Source: Oscillospiraceae bacterium (lineage in GTDB: Bacteria; Bacillota; Clostridia; Oscillospirales; Oscillospiraceae). From it: a DNA stretch of 64,000 bases. The stretch is taken from contig JAZUFG010000114.1 in NCBI GenBank assembly GCA_045640565.1, positions 1,846 through 65,845 of the forward strand. The letters are read 5' to 3'. Each line of letters starts with the position of its first letter. The stretch's first letter is position 1. This document shows, piece by piece, positions 29,123 through 39,880 of the stretch. The notes below the pieces were generated by a model, which made no database searches, was not told the origin of the DNA, and was given only the letters and a program-made list of their open reading frames with translations. The position numbers were made by a program, and so were the translations under genes.

Positions 29123-29318
29123 CTGCAAGGTGCAAGCTTCAAGCTGCAAGGCGCAAGGCGTAAGGTACAAGCTTCAAGGTGCAAGCTGCAAGGCGCAAGG
29201 TGCAAGCTGCAAGGTACAAGCTGCAAGGTACAAGCTTCAAGGTGCAAGCTGCGAGGTACAAGCTTCAAGGTGCAAGCTTCAAGGTGCAAGCTTCAAGATG
29301 CAAACTGCAAGGTACAAG
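29123..29318 (+). repeat. array of 28 perfect-register tandem heptanucleotides, consensus [C/G]T[G/T/A]CAAG
   Basis: Parsed by hand. 25 of 28 units end in CAAG; the exceptions are GCGTAAG, CTGCGAG and ATGCAAA. C-type and G-type units mostly alternate, giving a 14-nt super-unit. The array lies between the stop codon (29119) and the terminator (29325). Confidence 0.9.
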
Positions 29319-29324
29319 CATAGT

Positions 29325-29365
29325 AAAGCAGCCATTGGGGTCATTCCCCAATGGCTGCTTTTTTC
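29325..29365 (+). terminator. rho-independent terminator
   Basis: 14-bp stem AGCAGCCATTGGGG/CCCCAATGGCTGCT, loop TCATT, then TTTTTT. Confidence 0.8.
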
Positions 29366-29514
29366 TTTATACAAAAAAGCCTCCACCCGGAAGAAACAAA
29401 GGCTCAGAAGGTGAAGGCTTTCCAGCGCACGCAGTGCGCCTCTACTTATGAACTTTAACATTCGGGCTGCAAGCCGCAAGAAGACGGGAAAGTGAGAAGC
29501 CGCATCTTTTATTC

Positions 29515-30099
29515 CTATTCCGCAAAGGGAAGGATCTCCGCCAGGAGGGCTTCTCTACCGTCGCCTTTTTCAGCGGAGAAAGGAATCACTTTTACGGACT
29601 CGGGAAGAGAAAGGGTTTCCCGGATTCGGGAAAGATTTCCCTCTATTTCGGACTTTTTGCACTTATCCAGCTTGTTGGCCAAGACCAAAAATGGACGGCC
29701 GGAGGCCAGAAAATAATCGGCCATGGTAATATCGTTCTCCGTGGGCTTATGCCGAGCATCCACGATCATAATCCCCAACGAGATCCGCTCTTTCTCCCGA
29801 AAATAGCGCTCCATAAGCTTTGCCCAGCGCTCTTTCTCGGCTGCAGAGACCTTGGCATAGCCATAACCCGGAAGATCCACCAAGTAAAGCTTTCCGTCCA
29901 AGTCAAAGTAGTTCACATGAACGGTCTTCCCCGGGGCCTCCCCAACTCTGGCAAAGTTTTTGCGCAGAAGAAGGCGGTTGATCACGGAGGATTTCCCAAC
30001 ATTGGACTTTCCAGCAAAAACAATCTGGGGCTTTCCGTCCCGAAGGAAAGCGCTTTCCTCCGCTGCGGAAAGGACAAAGGAAACATTATGAATGTTCAT
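29515..30099 (-). CDS. engB: ribosome biogenesis GTPase YsxC/EngB
   Basis: GKSNVGKSS P-loop, DLPGYG, NKLDK. Overlaps the lon stop by 14 nt. Confidence 0.9.
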   Translation of the reverse strand: MNIHNVSFVLSAAEESAFLRDGKPQIVFAGKSNVGKSSVINRLLLRKNFARVGEAPGKTVHVNYFDLDGKLYLVDLPGYGYAKVSAAEKERWAKLMERYFREKERISLGIMIVDARHKPTENDITMADYFLASGRPFLVLANKLDKCKKSEIEGNLSRIRETLSLPESVKVIPFSAEKGDGREALLAEILPFAE

Positions 30100-32443
30100 G
30101 ATCTCCCCCGTCTTCCTCCGGACGAAGCAAAGCCAGATTCAGGACCTCATCCACATGAGAGACCGTATGGAAAGAGAGAGCCCTGCGAACATCCGGATCG
30201 ATCTCTTCCAGGTCTTTTCTGTTCTCCTCCGGGAGAATGACCTCCCTCACACCGTGACGAAGAGCCGCCATGGTCTTTTCCTTTAAGCCTCCGATGGCCA
30301 AAACCCTTCCACGGATGGAAATTTCTCCGGTCATGGCAATATCGTGCCGAACAGGAAGACCCGTCAGAGCGGAAACCAGGGCCGTACAGACTGTAATTCC
30401 CGCAGAAGGTCCGTCCTTGGGAACCGCGCCCTCCGGGAAGTGAACATGGATATCCTTTGTTTTATAGAAATCAGCAGGGATCTTCCAGACATCCGCCCGG
30501 GTCCGTATATAGCTCATGGCAGCCTGAACGGATTCCTTCATCACATCACCCAGGTTTCCGGTAAGCTCCAGCTTTCCGGTCCCCTCTACCACATTTACCT
30601 CGACTTCCAGAGTCTCTCCTCCTACAGAGGTCCAGGCCAGGCCGGTAACCAGGCCCACCTGATCCTGCTGGGAAAGGGCATCCGGAATATATTTGCGGAC
30701 CCCCAGGAAGGACTCCAGATTCTTCGGCGTAACCGTGATGCGCTTGGGAGCATCTTCCGAAACAAACAACATGGCAGCCTTGCGGCAGACGGAAGCCAGT
30801 TCCCGCTCCAGGTTCCGGACGCCGGATTCTCGGGTGTAGGCCGAAATGGCAAGGCGAAGGGCATCATCCGTCATCCGAAGTCTGGATTTTGCGATCCCGT
30901 GCTTCTTGAGCTGCTTGGGCAGAAGATGCTCCTTGGCAATATGGAGCTTCTCTTCATCTGTATAGGAGCTGAGCTCAATAACATCCATTCTGTCCAGCAG
31001 AGGACGGGGAATGGTATCCACCGTATTGGCCGTGGTAATAAATACGCACTCGGAAAGGTCAAAAGGAATCTCCAGATAGTGATCGCGGAAGCTGGAATTC
31101 TGTTCTCCATCCAGGACTTCCAAAAGGGCCGAAGAGGGGTCTCCGTGATAATCCATGCCCATTTTGTCGATTTCATCCAAGAGAAGGACGGGATTCCGGG
31201 AACCGGCCTGCTGAATGGCCGTCAGAATTCTTCCCGGCATGGCCCCGATATAGGTCTTGCGATGGCCTCGAATTTCCGCTTCGTCGTGGACACCACCCAA
31301 AGAGATCCTGGCCAGTTTCCGATTCAGGCTTCTGGCGATGCTCATTCCGATAGAGGTCTTGCCCACACCGGGAGGCCCCACCAGGCAGAGAATCTGGCCA
31401 TTGAGATTCGGAGCCAGGCGGCGAACTGCCAAGTACTCCAGGATCCGCTCCTTGACCTTATCCAGGCCGTAATGGTCATCATTCAAAATCTTTTCGGCTG
31501 CGGCAATGTCCAGCCGATCTTTAGTCCTCTTATTCCAGGGCAGGTCCAGAACCGTATCCAGATAATTCCGGATAACAGAGCTTTCCGGAGAGCCCATTGG
31601 CTGCTTATTCAGGCGAGAGAGCTCCTTCAGGAGCTTTTCTTCGGATTCCTCCGGCAGATTCAGAGCCAGAATTTTGGACTTGTAATCCTCGCTCTCGTTT
31701 TCCTCGCTTTCCTCGCCCAGCTCTTCCCGGATGGCGCGAAGCTGTTCCCGCAGGTAATAGTCCCGCTGGTACTGGTCCATGGATTCCTGGGCTTTCTCGT
31801 TGATCTCAGACTCCAGTTTCAGGATGCCAAGCTCCTTTGACATGAACTTCAGGCATTTCTGCAGACGGCGGACCGGATGAAGCTCCTCCAGAATGATCTG
31901 CTTTTCCCGGTAATCAAAGGAGGCATACTGGGCCAGGAAATCTGCCGCAAAGCCGGGATCCTCGTTATTGAGGATCTGCAGAAGCAAGTCCGGCCCGAAA
32001 CGTTCCGAAAGGGAAAGATAGTCTGTGAAAAGATCCCTGGCGGAACGGATCATCGCCTCGGTACGGGGCCGGTCTGCGCTGTAAGGAAGCTCCTCCACAG
32101 CCTCGACCCGCCCGTAAAAACAGGGGTCCGTCTGATGGACAGAGAGGATCTTTGCCCGGTAGAGACCTTCCGTGAGAACTCGGGTCGTGCCGCCGGGCAG
32201 CTTGAGCATCTGCTTCACCAGAGCAACGGTGCCGATAGCATAAAGATCCCCTTCTTCCGGGTTATCCAGCATGATATCTTTCTGAGTAACGAGGAAAATC
32301 CGCTGTTCTCCGGACATGGCCTTATCCAGGGCATGGGAGGAGACATCGCGGCCAACATCAAAATGAATCGTCATGCCGGGGAAAGCGGTGATCCCCCGCA
32401 TGACCAGGAACGGAAGCCGTTCCGAACTGGGATTTGAACTCAT
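30086..32443 (-). CDS. lon: ATP-dependent protease LonA
   Basis: LON N-domain, Walker [10 protein letters not shown], and the protease site [10 protein letters not shown]. Confidence 0.95.
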   Translation of the reverse strand: MSSNPSSERLPFLVMRGITAFPGMTIHFDVGRDVSSHALDKAMSGEQRIFLVTQKDIMLDNPEEGDLYAIGTVALVKQMLKLPGGTTRVLTEGLYRAKILSVHQTDPCFYGRVEAVEELPYSADRPRTEAMIRSARDLFTDYLSLSERFGPDLLLQILNNEDPGFAADFLAQYASFDYREKQIILEELHPVRRLQKCLKFMSKELGILKLESEINEKAQESMDQYQRDYYLREQLRAIREELGEESEENESEDYKSKILALNLPEESEEKLLKELSRLNKQPMGSPESSVIRNYLDTVLDLPWNKRTKDRLDIAAAEKILNDDHYGLDKVKERILEYLAVRRLAPNLNGQILCLVGPPGVGKTSIGMSIARSLNRKLARISLGGVHDEAEIRGHRKTYIGAMPGRILTAIQQAGSRNPVLLLDEIDKMGMDYHGDPSSALLEVLDGEQNSSFRDHYLEIPFDLSECVFITTANTVDTIPRPLLDRMDVIELSSYTDEEKLHIAKEHLLPKQLKKHGIAKSRLRMTDDALRLAISAYTRESGVRNLERELASVCRKAAMLFVSEDAPKRITVTPKNLESFLGVRKYIPDALSQQDQVGLVTGLAWTSVGGETLEVEVNVVEGTGKLELTGNLGDVMKESVQAAMSYIRTRADVWKIPADFYKTKDIHVHFPEGAVPKDGPSAGITVCTALVSALTGLPVRHDIAMTGEISIRGRVLAIGGLKEKTMAALRHGVREVILPEENRKDLEEIDPDVRRALSFHTVSHVDEVLNLALLRPEEDGGDHEHS

Positions 32444-32455
32444 AGTTTCTCCAAA

Positions 32456-33697
32456 TCAGGCTTCTAATGCCTTTTCTTCTCGAACAATAGCGGGCGCTGT
32501 TCCCTTTCGGACACAGTCCGCCGTCACAGTCACTTTCCGGATGCTCTTATCCGAGGGTACCTCAAACATCACATCCGTCATAATGGACTCCAGAACCGCC
32601 CGAAGGCCTCTGGCGCCGATCTTTCTTTCAATGGCCTTCTCCGCAATAGCCTCCAGTGCATCCGGCTCAAAGACGAGTTCCACATGATCATAGCTCAGGA
32701 GGGTAACATACTGCTTACAAAGGGCGTTCTTCGGCTCCGTCAAAATGCGGACCATATCCTCTTTCTTCAGGTCGTCCAGGCTGGTGATTACGGGAAGGCG
32801 GCCCACCAATTCCGGAATAATGCCGAATTTTAAGAGGTCATGGGGCTGAACCAGGCGGAAAAGATCGCCGGTTTCTTTCTTTTTATGGCCCACTTCTTCA
32901 CTGCCGAAGCCGATGGAGCTTTTATCCGTCCTTGCCTCGATGATCTTATCCAGACCGTCAAAAGCACCGCCGCAGATAAAGAGGATATTCTTGGTATCGA
33001 TATAGATGAGTTCCTGTTCCGGGTGCTTTCTTCCGCCCTGGGGCGGGACACCTGCAACCGTTCCCTCTACGATCTTCAAGAGGGCCTGCTGAACACCTTC
33101 GCCGGAAACATCCCGGGTAATGGAGGTGTTTTCGCTCTTTCTGGCTATCTTATCAATTTCATCCACATAGATGATGCCTCTCTGGGCCCGTTCCACATCG
33201 TAATCCGCGGCCTGCAGGAGGCGAACCAGGATATTCTCCACATCATCGCCCACATAGCCAGCCTCCGTCAGCGTGGTGGCATCCGCGATGGCAAAGGGCA
33301 CATCCAGAATCTTTGCCAGGGTCTGCGCAAAGAGAGTCTTGCCGCAGCCGGTGGGGCCGATCAAGAGAATATTGCTCTTCTGGAGCTCCACATCACTTTC
33401 CTGTGCAAGATAGATCCGCTTATAATGGTTGTAGACTGCCACGGCCAGAGCCCTTTTGGCGCTGTCCTGCCCGATGACATAGGAATCAAGAAAAGAAGCG
33501 ATCTCTGCCGGAATGGGGAGATTGACCGGCTTCTTTTCCGGCTTCTTGGGGGCCTCATAAGGCATATCCTCCCCGAGAATATCCCGGCAGAAGTTCACGC
33601 ACTGGCTGCAAATATAAACATCCGGCCCTGCAATCAGACGGCGATTCTTCCCCTGAGGCTTCCCGCAGAAGGAGCAAACAATTTCATTTTTGGCCAC
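32456..33697 (-). CDS. clpX: ATP-dependent Clp protease ATP-binding subunit ClpX
   Basis: N-terminal zinc finger CSFCGK..CSQC, Walker [12 protein letters not shown] loop. Confidence 0.95.
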   Translation of the reverse strand: MAKNEIVCSFCGKPQGKNRRLIAGPDVYICSQCVNFCRDILGEDMPYEAPKKPEKKPVNLPIPAEIASFLDSYVIGQDSAKRALAVAVYNHYKRIYLAQESDVELQKSNILLIGPTGCGKTLFAQTLAKILDVPFAIADATTLTEAGYVGDDVENILVRLLQAADYDVERAQRGIIYVDEIDKIARKSENTSITRDVSGEGVQQALLKIVEGTVAGVPPQGGRKHPEQELIYIDTKNILFICGGAFDGLDKIIEARTDKSSIGFGSEEVGHKKKETGDLFRLVQPHDLLKFGIIPELVGRLPVITSLDDLKKEDMVRILTEPKNALCKQYVTLLSYDHVELVFEPDALEAIAEKAIERKIGARGLRAVLESIMTDVMFEVPSDKSIRKVTVTADCVRKGTAPAIVREEKALEA

Positions 33698-33702
33698 AGG
33701 GC

Positions 33703-34284
33703 TTACCTCTTTGTAATCACTTTATCGATAATACCGTATTGCATGGCTTCCTCTGCCGTGAGCCAGTGATCCCGCTCCGTATCGGCACAGATCTGCTCAT
33801 AGGGCTTCCCGGTATTCTCCGCAAGGATGCCGTTCAGCTTTTTCTTCATAGCTGCAATTCTTGCTGCCTGGATCTGGATATCCGTTTCCTGCCCCTGGGT
33901 CCCGCCGGAGGGCTGGTGGATCATGATCTCCGCATTCGGAAGAGCCAGGCGCTTTCCCTTTGTTCCTGCAGAAAGCAGGAATGCACCCATGCTGGCAGCC
34001 ATGCCGATGCAGATGGTGGAAACATCACACTTGATATACTGCATGGTATCATAGATGGCCATGCCCGCAGTGATGACGCCGCCGGGGCTGTTGATATAGA
34101 ACTGAATATCCTTATCCGGGTCCTGGGCCTCCAGATAGAGGAGCTGCGCCACGATCAGGGAAGCCGTTGTGTCGTTGACTTCCTCGGAAAGAAAAATGAT
34201 CCTGTCATTCAAAAGGCGGGAGAAAATATCATAGGAACGCTCACCGCGGGCGGTTTGCTCCACAACATAAGGAATCAAAGCCAT
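33703..34284 (-). CDS. clpP: ATP-dependent Clp protease proteolytic subunit
   Basis: Catalytic context GMAASMGAF and MIHQP. 193 aa. Confidence 0.95.
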   Translation of the reverse strand: MALIPYVVEQTARGERSYDIFSRLLNDRIIFLSEEVNDTTASLIVAQLLYLEAQDPDKDIQFYINSPGGVITAGMAIYDTMQYIKCDVSTICIGMAASMGAFLLSAGTKGKRLALPNAEIMIHQPSGGTQGQETDIQIQAARIAAMKKKLNGILAENTGKPYEQICADTERDHWLTAEEAMQYGIIDKVITKR

Positions 34285-34320
34285 GCTAATACCTCCATAA
34301 TCATAACAGCGAAAGCTGCA

Positions 34321-34360
34321 AAAATAAGCAAGCGGCAGCAGGAAGAGCTCCCCTGCTGCC
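34321..34360 (-). terminator. possible terminator or attenuator after tig
   Basis: Stem GGCAGCAGG/CCTGCTGCC. The T-run (TTATTTT) starts 6 nt after the stem, so efficiency is uncertain. Confidence 0.4.
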
Positions 34361-34373
34361 GGATGAAAACAAA

Positions 34374-35684
34374 TTATTCCTTTTCGGCGGGAGCTGCAGG
34401 CTCTTCGGCCTTGGGTGCCACAGGAACTGCAGCAGCAGTGATCAGCTCGGCAGCCTTACGGGAAGAAAGATCGTTCTTGACGCTCTCAGCCTTAAGAACT
34501 TCCTTGACCTTTTCCACTTCCATCTTGTACTGCTCGGCAACCTTTGCATACTCGGCTTCCACTTCTTCATCAGAAACCTCGATCTTTTCATCCACGATCA
34601 CCTGAGAAAGCAGAAGCTGAGCCTTTACATTGTTCTCGGCAACAGGACGGAAAGTCTTGCGAAGGCTCTCTTCGTCGCCGCCCAGCATTTTCACATAGTC
34701 CTTCATGGACATGCCGTTCTGCTCAACCTGATAGCTGAAGTTTTCAATTTCCCGATCCAGCTGTTCTTCAATCATGCTCTGGGGGATCTCCACCTTCATG
34801 TTCTCTACAGCCTTAGCCATGCAGGCATTTTCAAAGGCGGAATCAATTTCCTTCTGCTTCTCAGCCAGCTTGCCGCTGCGGACATCGGCCCGGAGCTCAT
34901 CCAGGGTATCGAACTCGGAAGCATCCTTGGCAAACTCGTCATCCTTTTCCGGAAGAACGGTTTCCTTGACCTCATGGACCAAGCACTTGAAGGTGGCTTC
35001 CTTGCCGGCCAGTTCAGGAGTATACTGCTCAGGGAAAGTCACGAGAACATCCTTGCTTTCGCCGGCGGAAACACCCACCAGCTGCTCTTCAAAGCCGGGG
35101 ATAAAGCTGCCGGAGCCGAGCTTCAGGCTGTAATTCTCGCCCTTGCCGCCCTCAAAAGCCTTGCCGTCCACAAAACCTTCAAAGTCAATGACAGCGGTAT
35201 CGCCCATGGCAGCTGCCCGCTCCACAGTGGAGATTCTGGCGGACTGCTCACGCATCTTTTCGATTTCGGCTTCCACTTCTTCATCGGAAACAGCTGCTTC
35301 AGCTTTTTCTACTTCCAGACCCTTGTACTGGCCGAGAGTTACCTCGGGATAGAGGTCCGTAACAACGGTAACGCAAATGCCTTCCTCGACCTTCTCCAGG
35401 TTGGAGATGGAAGGACGGCCGACAGCCTTGATCTTCTGATCCACAACAGCTGCCTTATAGATATCAGGGAAAATTTCCTCAATGGCATCTTCATAGAAGA
35501 CTTCTGCGCCATACATAGCTTCAACAATTTTCCGGGGAGCCTTGCCCTTCCGGAAGCCGGGGATGGCAATCTGCTTTTTTGCCTTGGCATAGGCCTTATT
35601 CAAAGCATTTTCAAATTCGGCAGAAGCGATCTCCACCTGAACCTTTGCCTGACCGTTTTCAGTTTCGGTGTTCTTGACAATCAT
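34374..35684 (-). CDS. tig: trigger factor
   Basis: N-terminal ribosome-binding motif GFRKGKAP, a central FKBP domain, and an acidic C-terminal arm. Confidence 0.95.
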   Translation of the reverse strand: MIVKNTETENGQAKVQVEIASAEFENALNKAYAKAKKQIAIPGFRKGKAPRKIVEAMYGAEVFYEDAIEEIFPDIYKAAVVDQKIKAVGRPSISNLEKVEEGICVTVVTDLYPEVTLGQYKGLEVEKAEAAVSDEEVEAEIEKMREQSARISTVERAAAMGDTAVIDFEGFVDGKAFEGGKGENYSLKLGSGSFIPGFEEQLVGVSAGESKDVLVTFPEQYTPELAGKEATFKCLVHEVKETVLPEKDDEFAKDASEFDTLDELRADVRSGKLAEKQKEIDSAFENACMAKAVENMKVEIPQSMIEEQLDREIENFSYQVEQNGMSMKDYVKMLGGDEESLRKTFRPVAENNVKAQLLLSQVIVDEKIEVSDEEVEAEYAKVAEQYKMEVEKVKEVLKAESVKNDLSSRKAAELITAAAVPVAPKAEEPAAPAEKE

Positions 35685-35748
35685 GATATTTCCTCCTATA
35701 GAATGGCCCGCAGGCCTTCAAATACAATGCTCATAAAGAAGCTGTGGT

Positions 35749-35757
35749 ATTATAGCA
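35749..35757 (-). promoter_or_regulatory. extended -10 promoter element upstream of tig
   Basis: Minus strand reads TGCTATAAT immediately downstream of the pot operon terminator. Confidence 0.4.
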
Positions 35758-35797
35758 GAAAAATCCGAAAAAAGCTAGCACTTTTTTCGGATTTTCC
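35758..35797 (-). terminator. rho-independent terminator of the pot operon
   Basis: Long A/U-rich stem AAAATCCGAAAAAAG/CTTTTTTCGGATTTT with loop CTAGCA. Confidence 0.6.
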
Positions 35798-35813
35798 TTT
35801 CAAACAGAGCTTT

Positions 35814-37790
35814 TTAATTGATTTTCAGAGTCTCCCAAAGGGAGTTCATATAATCCAGCATATCCTTGGGGAGATTCTGGTAGGCATAGCGATTGTACTG
35901 CTCCGCAAAGTCTCCCAGATTCGGATAGAGGATCTCCATGGCCTCCTCTCCCATGTCCTCCTGATAGGTCTCATTCTCGTAGACCAGGACATTGGGAGAA
36001 GCATAACAGGTATATTCCGCATTGGCGATTGCCGGAGTCTCCGAGAGCATATAGTTGATGAAGATCTCGGCAAGCTCCTGATTCCCGCAGCAAGTGGGAA
36101 TACACATGGCATCAATATAGTAATTTGTCGGCTCGGGATAGTAGAAACGCAGATCCACGGTATCCGCCTGGGCATCTGCCATGGTGAAATAATCTCCGGC
36201 ATAATAGGTGCTGATCGCCGCTTCTCCGGATTCCATCATGTTGAAGATCTCATCCATGACATAGCTCTCTACCAGAGGATACTGAGTCTGCAGAAGATCC
36301 AGGGCGGAATCCCAGACCTTTTTATCCATGGTGTTCACGGACTCACCCAGGGCATAGAGAGCCGTACCGAAGCCATCCCGGGGATTATTGAACTGCAGGA
36401 TCTTGCCCGCATATTTCTCATTGAAAATAAGGTCCCAAGAACCGGTGTCCGCTTCATCTACCTGATTGGCATCCCAAAGGATGCCCACGATCCCGTAGGC
36501 ATAGGGCACGGTATAGCGATTATCCGGATCGTAATAAAGGCCCTTGAAGTCGTCCCGGATATACTGCATATTGGGGATGTTTTCCCAGTGAAGGGGCATC
36601 AGCATTCCCTCATCCCGCATTCTTGCGATCATATAGTCGGAGGGAATGCAGACATCGTAGCTGACGGCGCCGCTGACCAGCTTATTATACATATCCTCGC
36701 AGGAAGCAAAGGTATCATAATTCACCTTCACCCGCTGGCCGTAGTTTTCCAGGTACCATCTCTCAAAATCCTTGACCGTATCCAAGGTCCCCTCGGAGCC
36801 ATCCGAAATGTATTCGCCCCAGTTATAGACGTTCAGGGTCAAACGGTCGGAAGGAACCAGCACAATGATGCAGCCGATCAAAACAGCAAAGAGAGCCAAA
36901 AGGGATACCGCAAGGCGGCTGCCCCGGAAGAAGGAGGTCTTCTCCTTGATCTCCTCTACTTTCAGAATTCTCCGGCGGTGCCTCCTCTTTTTCTTCAGAG
37001 CCTCGGCATCCTCACCTCCCGCCAGGTTGGAAAGAAGGAGCATGGTTAGGATAAAGAAGAAAATCAGCGTGGCCAGGGCATACATCTTGGGGGTGACCGT
37101 CTTCTTCGTCATGTTGTAGATCCGGATGGGAAGGGTCTGGAAACCGTTTCCCTGGGTGAAATAAGAAATGACAAAGTCATCCAGAGACAGAGTAAAGGCC
37201 ATGATCATGCCCGTCAGGATTCCCGGAAGGATCTCCGGCAGCTCCACCAGGAAGAAGGCTTTCAGGGGGGGACAGCCCAGATCCTGGGCAGCCTCCGGAA
37301 TGGATTTATCCATCTGCTGGAGCTTGGGCAGCACCTGCAAAATCACATAGGGCAGGCAAAAGGTGATATGGGCGATGAGCATCGTGCCAAAGGAGAGGCT
37401 GCTGGTCTTCCCCAGCATCACGCCGGCGAAGACGAACATGAGCATCAGGGAAATGCCCGTGATGATATCCGGGTTGATCATTGGGATATCCGTCAGGGTG
37501 TTGATGGCAGCCTTGAAATAGCGGTTGCGGAGCTTATGGATCCCCACGGCCGCTGCGGTGCCCATCAAAGTGGAAATCAGGGCAGCGGAAACTGCCAGAA
37601 TCAAGGTGTTCCGCAGGGAACTCAGGGTCACCTGATCGTGGAAAAGCTCATAATACCATTTCAGAGAAAAGCCGCTGAAAACGGAAAGGCTCTTTGCCTC
37701 ATTGAAGGAGAAGAAAGCCAAAATAGCAATGGGGGCGAAGAGGAAAATGAGGATGAGGGCCGTATAAATACGGGAAAGGCGATTTTTCAT
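35814..37790 (-). CDS. potCD: fused spermidine/putrescine ABC permease (PotC) and substrate-binding protein (PotD)
   Basis: Residues 1-260 form a 6-TM PotC-type permease. Then comes a basic linker KKKRRHRRR, a hydrophobic helix with LIGC, and a ~360-aa PotD-like binding domain. The reading frame is continuous. Confidence 0.85.
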   Translation of the reverse strand: MKNRLSRIYTALILIFLFAPIAILAFFSFNEAKSLSVFSGFSLKWYYELFHDQVTLSSLRNTLILAVSAALISTLMGTAAAVGIHKLRNRYFKAAINTLTDIPMINPDIITGISLMLMFVFAGVMLGKTSSLSFGTMLIAHITFCLPYVILQVLPKLQQMDKSIPEAAQDLGCPPLKAFFLVELPEILPGILTGMIMAFTLSLDDFVISYFTQGNGFQTLPIRIYNMTKKTVTPKMYALATLIFFFILTMLLLSNLAGGEDAEALKKKRRHRRRILKVEEIKEKTSFFRGSRLAVSLLALFAVLIGCIIVLVPSDRLTLNVYNWGEYISDGSEGTLDTVKDFERWYLENYGQRVKVNYDTFASCEDMYNKLVSGAVSYDVCIPSDYMIARMRDEGMLMPLHWENIPNMQYIRDDFKGLYYDPDNRYTVPYAYGIVGILWDANQVDEADTGSWDLIFNEKYAGKILQFNNPRDGFGTALYALGESVNTMDKKVWDSALDLLQTQYPLVESYVMDEIFNMMESGEAAISTYYAGDYFTMADAQADTVDLRFYYPEPTNYYIDAMCIPTCCGNQELAEIFINYMLSETPAIANAEYTCYASPNVLVYENETYQEDMGEEAMEILYPNLGDFAEQYNRYAYQNLPKDMLDYMNSLWETLKIN

Positions 37791-38674
37791 GCGTCTTCAC
37801 CTCCGTATGCGATCCGGTTCGTGAACCTTCTGGCAATTGCCATGCAGACAAGAAGGATGACCATCAGAATAAAGGCGATGGCGGCGGCAAAATGGAGATT
37901 CCCCGCCACATACTGGCCTTCAATGGCATCACCCAGGAGATAAAACTTGCCGTTGCCCAGTTTTTGGGAAATATAGAAGGTGGAAATGGAAGGGACTAAA
38001 ACCATGGTGATCCCGGAGATCACCCCCGGCAGAGAAAGGGGCCAGATCACTCTCCGAAGGACGGAGGGAGGATTGCAGCCCAGATCCTTGGCGGCCTCGA
38101 TCAGTTTCGGATCCAATTTTGTCATGACGGAGTAAATGGGAAGAATCATATAGGGCAAATAGTCATAGACCATGCCGATGACCACGGCCCCCTCCGTTCC
38201 GATAATATGGACATTCCGGAGGTTCAGGGCCGATAAGAGGTTATTGATCAGACCCGTATCCTGCAGGATCGTCATCCAGGCATAAGTCCGGATCAGAAAA
38301 TTCATCCACATGGGGACCATTACCAGGGTCAGAAGGGTTTTCTGGACCTTGGGCGTGGAACGGGACATAATGTAGGCAAGAGGATAGCCCATCAAAAGGC
38401 AAATGGCCGTAGAGATAATGGAAAGCTTCAGAGAACGCCAGAAAATCAGAAGATAGGTAGGAAGCACCCGGATCGTTCCGTCTTCCCCGAAGGACTCCGT
38501 CTTTGCCGTGAAGAACCGGTTGATATTCTCCAGAGTAAAGGCAAAATCCCCATCCGTGAAGGCATAATAGGCCACAAAGGCCAAAGGCACTGCCACGAAG
38601 AGCACTGCCCAGAGGGAATAGGGAGCCAGGGCCAGGCGCTCAAAGGAGTTCCCGGCGGACTTGCGTTTTTTCAT
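37787..38674 (-). CDS. potB: spermidine/putrescine ABC transporter permease PotB
   Basis: 6-TM permease with an EAA-like loop IEAAKDLG. 4-nt overlaps on both sides. Confidence 0.9.
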   Translation of the reverse strand: MKKRKSAGNSFERLALAPYSLWAVLFVAVPLAFVAYYAFTDGDFAFTLENINRFFTAKTESFGEDGTIRVLPTYLLIFWRSLKLSIISTAICLLMGYPLAYIMSRSTPKVQKTLLTLVMVPMWMNFLIRTYAWMTILQDTGLINNLLSALNLRNVHIIGTEGAVVIGMVYDYLPYMILPIYSVMTKLDPKLIEAAKDLGCNPPSVLRRVIWPLSLPGVISGITMVLVPSISTFYISQKLGNGKFYLLGDAIEGQYVAGNLHFAAAIAFILMVILLVCMAIARRFTNRIAYGGEDA

Positions 38675-39795
38675 GCGCCCTCCTCCTCTGCTTTGCCCAT
38701 CTCGTCCATTTCCATGCTGTAGGTGGAGTAGTCCCCGAACATACCCGAATACTCGGATTTTTTCATAACATGAATGGCGTCAGGCTCCAGAGAAATGCCG
38801 ATTTCCGCACCCTCGGGACAGAAATCCGTGGTCTGGATCATCCATTTAAAGCCCTGGATATCCACAATGATCTCATAGTGGACACCCTTAAAGGTCACGG
38901 AGGACACGGTTCCCTGAAGCTCGCTTTCTTCCTTGGGAACGATATCCACATCCTCGGGACGAATCACCACATCCACAGGCTCGTTGGGCGCAAAACCCTT
39001 ATCCAGGCAATCAAAGGTCTGGCCGGAAAAGGACACCTTCAGATCTTCCGGCATGGTCCCGTCCAGGATGTTGCTCTCGCCGATAAAATCCGCCACAAAA
39101 GCATTTTTTGGCTCGTTATAGATACGGGTAGGGCTTCCGATCTGCTGAATCTTGCCCCGGGACATGACCACGATGGTATCGGACATGGAAAGAGCTTCTT
39201 CCTGGTCATGGGTGACAAAAATAAAGGTAATCCCCGTCTTTTTCTGGATCTTTTTCAGTTCCTGCTGCATATCCTTCCGGAGCTTGAAATCCAGGGCGCC
39301 GAGAGGTTCGTCCAGAAGGAGGACTCTGGGATGGGAGATCAATGCTCTCGCAATGGCCACCCGCTGCTGCTGTCCGCCGGAGAGATGATTGACATTTTTC
39401 TTCTCATAGCCCTTCAGGCCCACCATGGAGAGCATTTCTTCCACTCTCTGCTGGATTTCGGCCCTTTTCACTTTCTGCTCTCTCAAGGGGAAAGCAATGT
39501 TCTCAAAGACATTCAGATGGGGAAAAAGGGCATACTTCTGAAAAACCGTATTGACATTTCTTTTATAGGGAGGAACATCGTTGACCGGAACGCCGTCAAA
39601 GAGGACTTCCCCTTCATCCGGGTCCTCAAAGCCGCCGATGATCCGCAGCAGGGTGGTTTTTCCGCAGCCGGATGGACCCAAAAGAGTCAAAAACTCATTG
39701 TCATAAACGTGCATGGAGAGATTCTTTAAAACCGCTTCCTCGCCGTCAAAGGATTTTGTGATGTTTTTCAGTTCGATAATCTTTTTGCTGTCCAT
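38671..39795 (-). CDS. potA: spermidine/putrescine ABC transporter ATPase PotA
   Basis: Walker [10 protein letters not shown], signature LSGGQQQR, Walker B LLLDEP, and a C-terminal TOBE-like domain. ATG at 39795 follows GAAGGAAAGG. The track start at 39954 is an in-frame leader read-through. Confidence 0.9.
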   Translation of the reverse strand: MDSKKIIELKNITKSFDGEEAVLKNLSMHVYDNEFLTLLGPSGCGKTTLLRIIGGFEDPDEGEVLFDGVPVNDVPPYKRNVNTVFQKYALFPHLNVFENIAFPLREQKVKRAEIQQRVEEMLSMVGLKGYEKKNVNHLSGGQQQRVAIARALISHPRVLLLDEPLGALDFKLRKDMQQELKKIQKKTGITFIFVTHDQEEALSMSDTIVVMSRGKIQQIGSPTRIYNEPKNAFVADFIGESNILDGTMPEDLKVSFSGQTFDCLDKGFAPNEPVDVVIRPEDVDIVPKEESELQGTVSSVTFKGVHYEIIVDIQGFKWMIQTTDFCPEGAEIGISLEPDAIHVMKKSEYSGMFGDYSTYSMEMDEMGKAEEEGA

Positions 39796-39846
39796 AGGGC
39801 CTTTCCTTCTTTTCAATAAAATGGAATACACGGAGGATTCGGGGAC

Positions 39847-39880
39847 AAAAAAACAGGCGGCGCAAAACTGCGTCACCTGT
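39847..39880 (-). terminator. intrinsic terminator inside the potA 5' leader (attenuator)
   Basis: RNA ACAGGUGACGC-AGUUUU-GCGCCGCCUGU followed by U7. It ends 51 nt upstream of the potA ATG. Confidence 0.6.

Noticed and set aside
29123-29318. The heptamer array as a CRISPR array or as coding repeats.
   Set aside because: There are no unique spacers between repeats, the unit is only 7 nt, there are no cas genes, and the period is not divisible by 3.
29130-29451. Two overlapping plus-strand ORFs (94 and 90 aa) and a 66-aa minus ORF across the heptamer array.
   Set aside because: Their sequences (QGASCKAQ..., KLQGASFKVQ...) are just the 7-nt repeat read in three frames. There is no SD, the starts are non-ATG or arbitrary, and they run through two terminators.
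34974-37049. 691-aa plus-strand ORF, the largest of many long ORFs antisense to real genes. Others: 55031..56530, 40948..42567, 50384..51916, 30344..31840, 47372..48658, 62783..63958, 28109..29170, 21928..22734, 15683..16756, 6802..7605.
   Set aside because: Each lies exactly opposite a gene with unmistakable family motifs (tig/potCD, secY, clpE, rpoA, lon, PBP1A, rplB, and so on). They have low-complexity Gly/Arg/Leu-rich translations and lack SD sequences. The 691-aa one even spans an intergenic terminator. They are mirror ORFs produced by codon bias, with stop codons depleted on the antisense strand.
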